From Zygnema circumcarinatum SAG 698-1b (Eukaryota; Plantae; Zygnematophyceae), in NCBI GenBank assembly GCA_037447605.1, contig CM074810.1:3754880-3818879 (forward strand): a stretch of 64,000 nucleotides of DNA, given 5' to 3'. Each line of letters starts with the position of its first letter. Within the stretch, counting starts at the first letter, position 1. Below are positions 36,392-59,407 of this stretch, one piece after another. A program made the translations under genes and the position numbers. The notes under the pieces are model-generated. The model was not told where the DNA came from, searched no databases, and saw only the letters and a list, made by a program, of their open reading frames with translations.

Positions 36392-39300
36392 ATGGGCCTG
36401 CCGAGAGAGAAGCGGCCCCTGTACAGGTATCGATGTGACGACATTTGGAAGCGGGAGGCGGGCATTGAATCGCCGCTGACGTTTGCGAGAGCCGTGGGAG
36501 GAAGCCAGGTGAGGGAGCGCCTGCTTGAAGATGATTGGTTATGAGCATGCAGGAAGGAAGCATCTTTAGATCATGATGCGGACAAGCATGGATGGATGGA
36601 CGGATAGGTGGATGGATGGGTGGGTGGGTGGATGCATGGATGTGTAGATGGATGCCTGGATTTGTGGGTGGGTGAATGGATGCATGGGTGGATGGGTGTA
36701 TGGATGGTTGGATGGTTGTGTGGATGGATTTATGGATGCATGTACATATGGCTCTGTTCAGCCTGCCTGCTCTTGGATATATTGTTATTGCAGGATGCCG
36801 TTCAACCAAAAATAAAAGGCGCAAGGGACGAGGAAGGGAAAGATCAGAATGTATTGATGTTTCCATAGCACTTGCAATGTCTACAGCAATGTCTCTCTGT
36901 GATGCAACCTCATATCCTTGCTTGCATTCTGATACTGACTCACTTCCCTCACTTCTTGCATCACAAAACCTCATCTTGTCTCCCAGAAGCAATTGAGTAT
37001 TTGAATGTTAAGTTACTGACTATTTGAATCATGCGACTTCTGTGGCCCATTCAGGCTTTAATCGAGCGCTTCAAGCTGTACAGGCGGCTGGAAGGCCACG
37101 ACGGATGCGTGAACACGGTCTCCTTCACTCCCGGGGGAGAGCTGCTTCTCTCCGGCTCAGACGACCGGAACATTGTATTATGGGATTGGGACTCGGGGGC
37201 TAAGAAGTTGACCTACTTTTCAGGACATGAGAACAATGTGTTTCAAGCCCGAGCCATGCCCTTCACCAATAATCAAGTGGTGGTTAGCTGCGCTGCTGAC
37301 GGACAGGTAGGAGTGGTCGAGGGAGAGGGAGTAGTGTATCCATGTCGCGTGCCTCCCGAGATTATTCCGCCTTTCACGTCGATTGTCTGCTTGTATTGTA
37401 GGGTCTGAAAGGAAGCATTCTTTTCTGTTCTTTGATTTTTTTATTCTCATTTTATTCAAGAAATGACTGATCTGTAATTCCTGAATTTTCTTGTGTCAGG
37501 TTCGGCTTGGCAGGATCCCTGAGGGGGCGAAAGATGTGGGAACAAAAGGATTAGCGAGGCATAGAGGGAGAGCTCATAAGCTAGCGATAGAGCCAGGGAG
37601 CCCTAACTGTTTTTTCAGCTGTGGGGAAGATGGCTTGATAAGGCATGTAAGGGACTCCATCACCATTATGCCAATCTTATTTGCGCTTTCTCGATCTCTC
37701 ACCCTCTCTGCTTTTCCTTTTCTTTTACCAGCCCGTTCCCCCTCCCACTGCCTGCTCTCGTTCACTCCCGTCCTCTCAATGCCTCTGCTTCTCCTTGTCT
37801 TCGCTTTTTTTACCTCTCGCTTGGCTTTTTTCTTTGTCTGTATATCTCCTTGAGTAGGCAAGATTTGACTGATGGATAGGGTGAAGGGGGTCCACTGAGG
37901 GCTGGTATTGAGATGGCATTTGTCTTGATAGAACATCATCCAATGAATAGCTCTAAGGCGGCAAATGCATACTTAGTGAGGGATGTGAGAATTCATTCAT
38001 GAATGAAATCAAGTGAATGACTGAAACCCATCATGTGTTTATGATGTCTGAGCTGTATCCTCGTCTGAATATGATGGATGCAGTTTGATCTCCGAGACAC
38101 AAAGGCACAATCAAAGCTATTCACAGTGCGGGCGGGAGAGAAGAGGCCCCGCAAAATTGTCAGTCTGAATGCCATAGTCATAAATCCGCGGCAGCCGCTG
38201 CAATTCTGTGTGGGAGGTTCGGATGTTTTTGCGCGAGTGTACGACTTGAGGAGGTACTTCAAACTTTCTTTTTTTACATTTTTTTTTTAATCAGATATTC
38301 CTCTATCTTAATGTTACGAATGTTGCTTTCTTTTGGGCAGACTACGTAAGATTTGCCTAAAGTGAAGGAGAAAGCTAGAGAGAGGTAGAGGAAGAGAAAG
38401 GCAGGGAGGTAAGGAGAGGAGAGGATGAAATGCCCTAATGCGTACTTGGAATCCTTTTCTTGCTTGGTTCATTTTCATGCAGAACCCCTCTCTCCAATCA
38501 TGAGAGAAGCGCGTGTGTGGACTCATTTGCACCCCTTCACTTGCTTAAGTCGGAGGTAAGAACAATATCTAAAAGATGACACAAGAGCAGCGTTCTTCTA
38601 GTGTTCTTCTCTCTTTCTTTCTGTGCTCGCCCACCGCCTCTCTTCTTCTCCTTGTTCCCTTCCACTGCCTGCTGCAAAATGTAACCTTTCAGGGAGCTAC
38701 TGTAAAAAAAATTGTTGCCTTCAAGGAAATCGAGTTACCAACATTCGACTTCGAATTTTTCCGCAGGCTCACATTACTTGCGTTGCATATTCTGAGCAAG
38801 AGGAGCTGCTGGTATCATACAACGACGAACTCATTTACAATTTCGAAAGGGATCAGGGTTTGGGTCCCGACTATGCCTACAAAGATTCCGACGATAGCGA
38901 TGAAACTGCGGAGGAAGTTGCAAGTAGTGATAGTGGCGAAGGGAGTGCAGGAAATCCCAAGCAAGCGACTAACAAGCCACGTGTATATCAGGGGCATCGG
39001 AATGCAAAAACTGTGAAAGGTGTAAATTTCTTCGGTATGAATTCAGAGTACGTTGTGAGTGGGTCCGATTGCGGAAATATTTTTTTGTGGAAAAAGACTA
39101 CGCAAGAACTTGTGGCCATGTTTCCGGGAGACTCGTCGGTAAGGAGTTCATCATTTTCATTCTTGGAGTCATTGTGGGTCGTTAAACTGTACTGCTACTG
39201 TCACCCTGAAGCGAAGCGACCTTATTTTTCAGATCCTTAGGTTTCAGGCCTGGGACTTTGTGTCTTTTTTGTTAAGGGTGTATGGACTTTCCTGTTCATA

Positions 39301-40474
39301 CCATCCTTTTTAACTTTCTGAAGTAGAATTCCATTTCTTTTTGACTTTGAAGGTTGTCAAGGGTTCCACTAGTTGTTGGAGTATAGCTTATGCTTTTAAT
39401 TATACTGCTTGAAGCAGAAGTGGGCTTTCTAATTTTTCCTTTTCTCCTCCTTTCCCCCCTACGAATCAAGATTTATGGCCCGAAATGTGAAATGAGTATC
39501 TAGTGTTTGTTTCTTTTGTGACAGGTAGTGAACTGCTTGGAGCCGCATCCTCACGCCACAATACTTGCTACAAGCGGAATTGAGTCGGATGTAAAGATAT
39601 GGACTCCGACAGGAAGTCGAAATATGGGCTTGCCCGACAATGCGGAAAAGGTTTGGCATACACTGGGACTCCTAAATGGCTATCATCGCCATCACTACCA
39701 CCACAGTCATCATCCTCATCACTACTGTCATTGTTGTCGTCATTACCACTATGCTTATGTTCATCATCATCGTCATCAGCATTATGACATCATTCATCTG
39801 GTTTACATGCACTCAAGGACCGGAGCCTCTGCATGCCTTTTTAATGAATACTCGCAACTCTCTCCCACAACTCCACCACAAATCTCAAGTTTCTTTAAGT
39901 AATTGCAGCCGTGGATCTCGAGTTCTGGACTGCAGCCTGGCAAATGATGCGTTGCATAGTTCACTTGATGCTCAGGGAATTCCCTTTGCACTGAAAATTA
40001 AATTCGTCTTTCGCTCCTATCTGATGCCAGGCTTCAAATGTCCAAAACTCTCCACTGCACTTACGTGACCTCTCTCTCTCTCTCTCTCTCTCTTCCTTCA
40101 CTTTTTCTTCACTCTTTCCTTGAAAATCTTTTAAGAACCTGTAACACTGATTTTTGAAGACATGTTTTCTCTAGGTAATGAAAACAAATACCCTTCGGAG
40201 GCGGAGAGATGACAGTAGGCGGCGGACCACTCACCACACCTTGGATCCGGAGCTGCTCCTTCACTTGGTGGCTTTACAGAGGGAGCACACGGAGCTGCTA
40301 CTACCGGACCCCCAACGCGCGGCCTATGATGGAGTGGAGGAAGATGATGATGATGATGAGACTCTCGATGAGAGTGAGGACTCCTCCGATGAGGAGGGAG
40401 AGGGAGAGGAGGGAGGTGGAGGTGGGCGCAGAAGTGGAAGGTCGAGGCGGCCCCCCGAGTGTCGAGTTGCATAG
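36392..40474 (+). CDS. DCAF8: DDB1- and CUL4-associated factor 8-like WD40 protein
   Basis: Exons 36392-36508, 37055-37306, 37500-37646, 38084-38253, 38483-38555, 38767-39138, 39525-39650, 40175-40474. Motifs [78 protein letters not shown] and VVNCLEPHP. Confidence 0.92.
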
Positions 40475-41401
40475 AGAGACGCCCATAATAGGTGGGAGAA
40501 GGGTTTCCATAATGGCGAGAGTGGCGGAGGGCGAGAATTTTGCCTCCCTCCCTCCCTACTCTCTCCCTTTAACTTTCTCCCTTCCTCCCTCCACCGCCGC
40601 CCCTTCCCTCCCTCCTCTCTTCCTGTTCTTCTCTCCCTTCCTCTCCCTCCACGGTCACTTCCCTCCCTCCCTCTGTTTCTCTTTCTCCCTTCCTCAGCGC
40701 CAGTCTCTCACTGAAGAAACAGGGTGTAGGCTACTGATCCATTTGTTCCTTAAAGATTCCTTTGGAAGGGGTTGTAAATATCAAAGTTGATGAGCACTTT
40801 TTTGACTTGTACATAAGAGAAGATACCGTTAGGGTACCTTAGGGTTTCCTTTGTATAGGGCGGTTAATAGTGGTTTCAAGGCCTTGGGCCCTTTTAAGGC
40901 GTTGTGCAGCTGGGCATCTGCAATTCTTGCGATGGAGAGAAACATGAATTCGCTACAATCTTTCTCCTTTGAAGCCTGCCAGTTTGCTTTTTGCTCTCCT
41001 TTCTTCTCATTTCCTGGGTTTTCGACTTGCATTCTTGAGAGAGACCCACAACTAAAAATGGGGATCCTCTAAATCGATATTTTCGATACTTTCAATATCG
41101 GGAATACTGACCAATATCGAGATATGGATGAACAAAAAAAAACATTTTTTCTCAAAAAGGTCCGTACGGTACCATCAGTGCTTCTCCATTTTTTGTGACG
41201 TCACATGTTACTGGAGTGTCGTAACTCATTTCTGACATTTGTCCCAACCATGGCTGACAACTGAAAACGCTTGACGAAACTGAACTGATCCCGTTACTGT
41301 CTATCCGGATCTGAACCGTCCACCGACACGCACCGACATCCTCCGCCGCCTCCTGCCTCCACTCGACAGAATCTATCCACGTGTTCCCTTCTGCCGTCGC
41401 C

Positions 41402-43596
41402 ATGTGGCGCATTCCACGTGCCTTCCCTGCCCGCACAGGCAACGCCGCCCACAAAACGCCAAATTACCGCCAGCGTGGCGCTAGCCGAGTCCCCGGGACC
41501 ACTCGTGCCGCGTCAGCAAGTGCGCCTTCTGACGCGGCGGATAAGGATGCGGATTTTGGGCTCCCTCGGGGCGGGACCACTCTGGGAGGCGGCGGAGGAG
41601 GGACGAGAGGGGAGGGAGGGGCGGCCATGGCCATGGCGGGGGAGGACGGCGAGGGAGGCGCGCTTGGGCCAGGTAGGCGGCCATGGCCATGGCATGGCAT
41701 GAAGGGGAGGGCATGAAGGGGAGGGCATGGATGGCATGGGGGAGAGGTGGCATGGGATGGGGAGGATGGCATGGGATGGGATGGGGGAGAGGTGGCATGC
41801 AGGGGGAGGATGAGAGATGTGAGGGGTGGCAAGCATGGAGGGGATTGAATGTTCTGTGGGGTGCATGGGAGGGGGGATGGCATGCATGGCAACTGGAGGA
41901 TGGGATGCATGGCGGGGGAAGGGAGGGGGGCAGGGGGACGATGGGTGGGGATGTAGGATGTGGTGCAAAGCATGCAGCACGTAGCATGCCATGACTATCC
42001 CATGAGATGACGATGCATCCCCATGCCATGGCGGACGCATGCATGCATCCATCCGTCTATTCATGCATGCATGCATGCATGCAGACGCGGAGTACGAGGA
42101 CGTGAAGCCCGTGAGCGGCGGCGCGGCGGAGGGCGCGTCCGACGACGACCCGGCGGCCGCGGACGAGCGGAGGCAGAAGCGCATGCTCAGCAACAGGGAG
42201 TCCGCGCGCCGCTCGCGCCTGCGCAAGCAGCAGCACCTGGACGTGCTGCGCGGCCAGGTACAGGCCCCGGGGGGGGCGGGCTCAGGGGCGAGGGTTTAGG
42301 GTTTAGGGTGGAGGTTGAAGGAATAAGGTTTAGGGTTGAGGGTGAAGAGTGGCGTTAAGGGTTGATGGTGGAGGGCGAAGAGTGGGGTTTTAAGGCTTAA
42401 GGTTAGAGTTTAGGTCGGGGTAAACGTGAAGGGGAGTGAGGTCAAGGGTGGAGGGTGGCTGGTGAAGGGGTTTTCGTGCTTGAGGTTTTTTATTTTGAAG
42501 TTTTGGGGCTGAGGGTTTATGGTTTAGGATTGGAGGTGGAGGGTAGTAGGTGGTGGATGTGGGGGAGTCAGAGACTTCTGAGGACTTTGAGGGTGGGTTG
42601 CAGCGCTTTGGGGTTTGAGGGGACGAAACCCTAAAAAGATTAGGGTTCAGGGCTAAGGTTCATGTAATAATATGTTGAGGTCTTCTTTTGTGGTGGGGGG
42701 GGGCGCTTGTCGATTAAGGAGGAGCATAGGATGGCCTTTATTAAGGTTTTCAGAAGTTTTGTTGAAGGCCCTACGTTTGTTTTTTTAGGGTTTAAAATTT
42801 TGAAAGGTTTCTCTAGCGCTTTCTTTTTTTTCAAACGAAGGTTTTTCTGGAAGTGGCTAATAGCTATTATATCATTTCTCATCTAAAGAAATCGCAAATT
42901 GAAAGGTGCTACTTGTAGGGCTAGCGAGTAGGGGACTCCACCTAACGCCTTTTATTTTTTTCTTTTTCCTTTTCCTTCTATTTCCCTATCATTCTCTTCC
43001 GCTCCGTTCCCGACTCCCCCTCCTCTCCCTTCCGCTCCTCCTCGTCTGCACTCAATACGCCTTCCCTCCCTCCCCTCCCTTTCCCCCCTCACTCCCCCTC
43101 CCTCTCCCTCTCCTCCCTCCCTTCCCCTCCCTCTTCTCCCTCCCTCCCCNNNNNNNNNNCCCTCCCTCCCCCTCCTCCCTCCCCCTCCTCCCTCCCTCTC
43201 CTCCCTCCCCAGGTCGCCCAGTTGCGCGCGGAAAACTCGGAGATGCAGAGCAAGTACGGCATCGCGTCGCGGCACTTCTCGGCGCTGACGGAGGAGAACC
43301 GCGTCCTGCGCTCGCACGCGATGGACCTCTCGCGGCGGCTCCAACGCCTGCACCACCAGGCGGGGCCCGACCTGGACCGGGGGCCCATGGGGGGGCCCAT
43401 GGGGGGGGGCATGCTGGGACACCCCATGCCGCACCATCCCATGGCGCCACATCAGCAGCCACATCAGCAGCCACACCAGGTGGCGCCGCCACATCAGCAC
43501 TCCATGCACCGGCACTCGCTTATGCCCGGGATGCCACCTGGCAGCACCTTCTACCCCGCCTACTCGAGGTCGATGACGCCGGAGCTCTCCAGGTGA
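41402..43596 (+). CDS. bZIP transcription factor, group C/S-like
   Basis: Exons 41402 (or later ATG at about 41627)-41672, 42085-42257, 43213-43596. Basic region ERRQKRMLSNRESARRSRLRKQQHLDVLRGQ continues into VAQLRAENSEM...LTEENRVLRSHAMDLSRRL (long zipper), then a His/Pro/Gln-rich tail. Confidence 0.88.
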
Positions 43597-44926
43597 CCGG
43601 AGGAGGAAGGAGACGGCAAAGCCCTAAAGCTTGGAAACGTTAAAGAATTATATGGTCATGACATTGCAGAATTGCGGAATCGAGAAACCCTAACGCGCAG
43701 AAAGTGGAAGAGAGAGCGAGAGAGAGATTTCACGACAAGGAATTGGGGGAGGGGGGGGAAGCGGGTGTACGACTATTGACGAATGGGGAGAGGAAGAGCC
43801 TTGTGAGAACTGTTCAGGGGTAGCTAGCCTTTAAGCTTTATGTCGAATTAGGGTTTTGGCGGAACCTCGGAGGCAGTGTGTATATGGTAGAGGCTTTCTT
43901 GGCTTTGTGTGTTATTTTCTGGGCGTAGTGTACAGAAGTGTGCCTTTAGTGGTCGGAAGCTGTGGCTGCACCCGGAGGTGTCTGTCCAGAGCTCAGAGGT
44001 CTGTCAGGGAGGAGGATTCAGGATAAGAATTTAGGGTTTGAGAGAGAGGGCAGACAGAGACAGACCTCGTCTCGTTCTGTGCCAAGATATCATTTGAGAA
44101 GTCGTGGCTGGAAGCGGCCAAAACGGCAGAGAGCATTTCGTTCCGACATGGAAACCCATTTTTCGGAGGCCGCATCGGCGAAGAAGGGAATGTCTTTATC
44201 AATGCTGAGGTCTTACAATAAGGTAGAAAGTTTGGAGTTCTATGAGCGCAGAATCTTTGTTTCCGTAATACTTGGCAGTTCCATGGTGGTCCTCCCGTCG
44301 GTGCTGGTGACTTTTGGGAGCCTTCTGTGATTGGTTCAAGTGTTGCCATTTTCAGTGAATGGGTGGATCCCCTCCTTTCTACCTTTCATTTGGTAAGGCA
44401 GTACTCGTGTTTGAATGAAATTCTGAAAAATTCCCAGATCCCTCATGGCTAGGTAAAGGTTGACAAATAGACCAAAAAGTGGTGTAAGGTGACGAGTCCT
44501 GTTCATAATAAAAGCCATATTTGAATATACACCACTTTGCATTTACGACATAACTAAACTGTGCCCATCACTCCTCGACCACCTTTCTGAACCACGTCGC
44601 TACAACAGAGACCCTCATTATATATTACCGTATGCATTTTTCCTCCTTTATTTCCTCCAACAAGCCGAAATTTTACCGCGAGAAAAATGCTCTTTGAAAG
44701 GTCGACCTTAAAAATAATAGAAAAAAAAAAAAAAACACATACTTTTCCTCCATTTCTAAACCCTAAGCCCTCGCCTGCATTCGTCCTTTCTCCTTCCGCT
44801 CTCTCCACACGTTGAAAAGTAGAAATCGAAAAGAGTGGCATAAACTTGACCAGATTTAACTAACCCTTTGAACACACGGTTTTGTCCAACCACGGGTTGT
44901 AATTTGAATGGAACGGAACAGTGGAG

Positions 44927-56127
<11,201 letters not shown>

Positions 56128-56446
56128 GCTCGCAGCTCGCACAGACCCGTTATTTTTGTCGCATTTGTTACCGTTCCATGCTGGAAATCGAAAAAGTTGA
56201 GTCGGGTTTCTGCGATTTATGACTCGTATTGTTACCGTCCCAGTTCAAAAATATGTCCCTCCATGTGAAGGGGTTTCTATGCCGCCGTTACTGCCCGCTA
56301 ACATTAAATTTTACTTTAATTGCTGCCGCTTCGGCCATGACCGCCACGTGGCGCCTCGGAACTTTCTGGCGCCGTCACCGAGCAGCCGCGCTTTTGCCGT
56401 GCTTTGTCGTGACCTAAAAGACAAAGCCGAATTCTACAAAAACCAA

Positions 56447-57390
56447 GGGTAGTGATATTTCCACCCCTTTTTTGGATCCAAACACCCCTTCCCGGCCGGG
56501 CAGATTTCAAAAGGGATTAAAAACGGAAAATGTTTTTTCACAACTTTTTGGAATCGATACCCACCTTCTTCCGTCGGCTGATTTTATTTTTGCTAACCAA
56601 GGAAAATGATACCCCGTCACCGCATTTTGAATACTGTATCCCGCCTCCCTGAATTTTTTTTTTGAGGGAAAGAAATATCTGCCTGCTCGAATCCGCTCGG
56701 AGCGGAAGATCCGTCCTCCACGAGATCGTTCGCGGGTGTCCGTCCTTCACACGTGCATGTCAATCGCATCTGTCGATTTCCCTCGCAGATCGCACCACTG
56801 CAGATCACCGTTCGATCTGGAGCCGGGCTCGATTTCAGCGAATGGAATGCGCCCACGAGTCCCGTCAAAGCCGGATCGCAAGAGCGAGTGCGCGCGTCCC
56901 TCGGCCCGAGATCTCGTCATTGTCAGATTCCAACCAATCAACATCTACCACGTGTTACATATCGACGTGGAAAATTTTGATTGGTTCAAGCTCTCAATGT
57001 ATTTTGGGTTCCTCAAAGTTGCAACCATACGACATTTGTACGGACAACTTTTTGAGACGAGTTTGGCGGGATACGTGGGCACGTGCCATTCGCTGTGACC
57101 TTGCCCGGCTGCAGAGCAAATAGTGATCTGCCGTGTTGCGATCTGCGAGGGAATCGACGGCTGCGATTGACCGCACGCGTGAAAAAAAAATTCAGGTAGG
57201 CGGGATATTCAAAATGGGGTGACGGGTTATCATTTTCCTTCATTCGCAAAAATAAAATCTGCCGATAGAGGGTGGGTATCGATTCCAAAAAGGTGTGAAA
57301 AAAGCATTTTCCGTTTTTAATCCTTTTTGAAATCTGCCCGGCCGGGAAGGGGTGTTTGGATCCAAAAAAGGGGTGGAAATATCACTACCC
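56447..57390. mobile_element. Full-length GG...CC foldback element copy C with an 8-bp target duplication
   Basis: GGGTAGTGATATTTCCACCCCTTTTTTGGATCCAAACACCCC... and its reverse complement ending ...GGGGTGGAAATATCACTACCC. Flanking direct repeat AAAACCAA at 56439-56446 and 57391-57398. Arms homologous to copies A and B. Confidence 0.88.
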
Positions 57391-57727
57391 AAAACCAATC
57401 AGGGTTTGGCAAGTGTATACTATAACCACGTGGCGCATTATTATTGCAAGTTTGTTTGGCCGCAGTTTGACCGTACGATCTTTGGTCTGCGTCATCATGG
57501 CTGTTCTTACAGATCTGGAAGATACGACAACTGGATCAAATCTTTCGACCAAATCATACATTTCAAGATCCCCTTCCATATTTTTCAAAATGTACGGCAA
57601 AACGTACGGCGTTCATACGGCATGTACGGTGATACCGTACGGACGCTCTTGGTGAGCTCAAAAAGTACGACAAGATGGCCATGAGTTAATGAGAGATGGT
57701 ACGGTTTGAGGGCGCCATCTTGACCAT

Positions 57728-58308
57728 TAGGGCGTGTCAGACTTAAAAAATTCTCGTAATACTAAAAACTCGATATTCGTAACATTTCGAGTCAACGTCA
57801 GTAAAACTAAAATTCCCGAGCCTAGTTTTTCGCACTCGCGGCGCGGTCCTGTTCGCACTCCGCGATCGCCGTCTTCGCACTTCTCCAAACGCCGTCTTCG
57901 CAACTTCGCTCTCGCGCGGGGCCCTCAGACTTAGAACCAGCGCCGGCGCGGCGCGCGGAGACCGCTTGTCGTTGTGTCGTGTTGCGCGTCACGGGCGGGC
58001 GCGGGCGCGGGCGGGAAGCCGGGAAAACAACCATGACGTCACGTTGACGCGATTCTCGCCAGTATTTTCTTCGCACGTCCATTTCGGCGCCTCTTTTGGG
58101 TGCGAACAAAATCGTGCGAAGAAATGCAATTTCAGTAAACCCCACGGGTCAATCTTCGCAACGTTGACCCGTTGACTTAGTACAGTTGACTTCCGTTCGG
58201 TTCGGTTTAGGTTCGGGGGCGCGATGATTTTTAGTACTTAGTAACCTCGATTCTCGTAATACTAAAAACTCGATATTCGTAACATTTTGTTAAGTCTGAC
58301 ACGCCCTA
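57728..58308. mobile_element. Putative MITE with 19-bp TIRs (TAGGGCGTGTCAGACTTAA) and a 37-bp subterminal direct repeat
   Basis: TIR at 57728 and its reverse complement TTAAGTCTGACACGCCCTA ending 58308. TTCTCGTAATACTAAAAACTCGATATTCGTAACATTT occurs just inside both ends in the same orientation. No clear target duplication. Confidence 0.6.
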
Positions 58309-59407
58309 TTGGTCGAGAAAGCTGGGGCTGCCACGTGACAGAACGACAGGCCAGAGAAAAGTTAGGAGGGCCACCGACCGTCCGACTATGAGCGGCGACG
58401 GATCTGGACCTCCGATTACACATGCGGGGCTGGTCGTGTGGACTTCCCTGCCACGTGGTCAGTCGCCGGGACCGTGGGCGGTCAAGGACGGTCAAGTCTC
58501 GTTTGGCGGCGGTTTGGGAGCACTTTGGAGCTGACTTGTCCGGTTCCATGTGAGGTAACGCGTAGTGTCGCAGTTCCAGTTAGCGGTCGTCGATGGAATG
58601 AACTGGGCTGTTAGATTCCCGTTTCCGTATAACGGCCAGTCTGTGAAGCGTCAATCGGTGCATGGAGAGGCTGAGCGAAAAAAAGAAAGTTAAATATTTC
58701 ACGATTTTAAATGCCTTCACTTTTCATTCAAATTCAAACATTACACTTTTTTTTTTTTTTCAAACAAAAGAATAGAAAGGAAACACACACGCACACGCGG
58801 AAAAGGTAAAAAGGAAGGATAAAAAAAACTTTGGAAAAAAAAAAACACAGTTTCAAACTTCATAAGCATTCTCAACTGTACAAAATAAGAGAAGACATGG
58901 AGCATTCCTAAACCCTAAACCCTGAAATCCGCGCGAAATTTTCTACATACAGAAAAACTCGGTCATCGCAAAGCAAAGAAGAAACGAGGCAAAAAAGCTC
59001 ATCTTTGCACTCTCAATGAGTCCCCCCTCTTCCCACTCTCTCCTCCCCCCCTTCCCCCCTCTCTCGCCCAACTCTCCCTCTCTCCCCCCTCCTCTCTCCC
59101 TCCCTCTCTCACACCCTCCCTCCCTCCCTTCATTCTCCCACCTCCCAACGTCCCACCCTCCCTCCCTTCATTCTCCCACCTCCCAACGTCCCACCCTCCC
59201 TTCCTCCCCCCCCTCTTCCACCTCCCAACAACCCACCCTCCCTCCCCCCTCTCCCTCCCCTCTCTCCCTCCCTCTCTCACACCCTCCCTCCCCCCCTCCT
59301 TTCTCCCACCTCCCATCGTCCCACCCTCCCCCCTCTCCCACCCTCCCCCCTCTCCCTCCCCTCTCTCCCTCCCTCCCTCCCTCACTCAGCTGTACAAACC
59401 CTAAAAC

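Noticed and set aside
39651-39800. His-rich reading frame after DCAF8 exon 7
   Set aside because: A CAT/CAC trinucleotide repeat inside an intron that follows a good GT donor; the conserved protein resumes at 40175.
40929-41072. Short ORF containing SLQSFS, reminiscent of the sucrose-control uORF of S1 bZIPs
   Set aside because: Only a 4-5 residue resemblance; it lacks the rest of the conserved peptide and is probably outside the bZIP leader.
43962-44550. Several 70-120 aa ORFs between bZIP and EXO70
   Set aside because: No recognisable domain and no consistent exon chain on either strand; a small gene cannot be excluded without RNA data.
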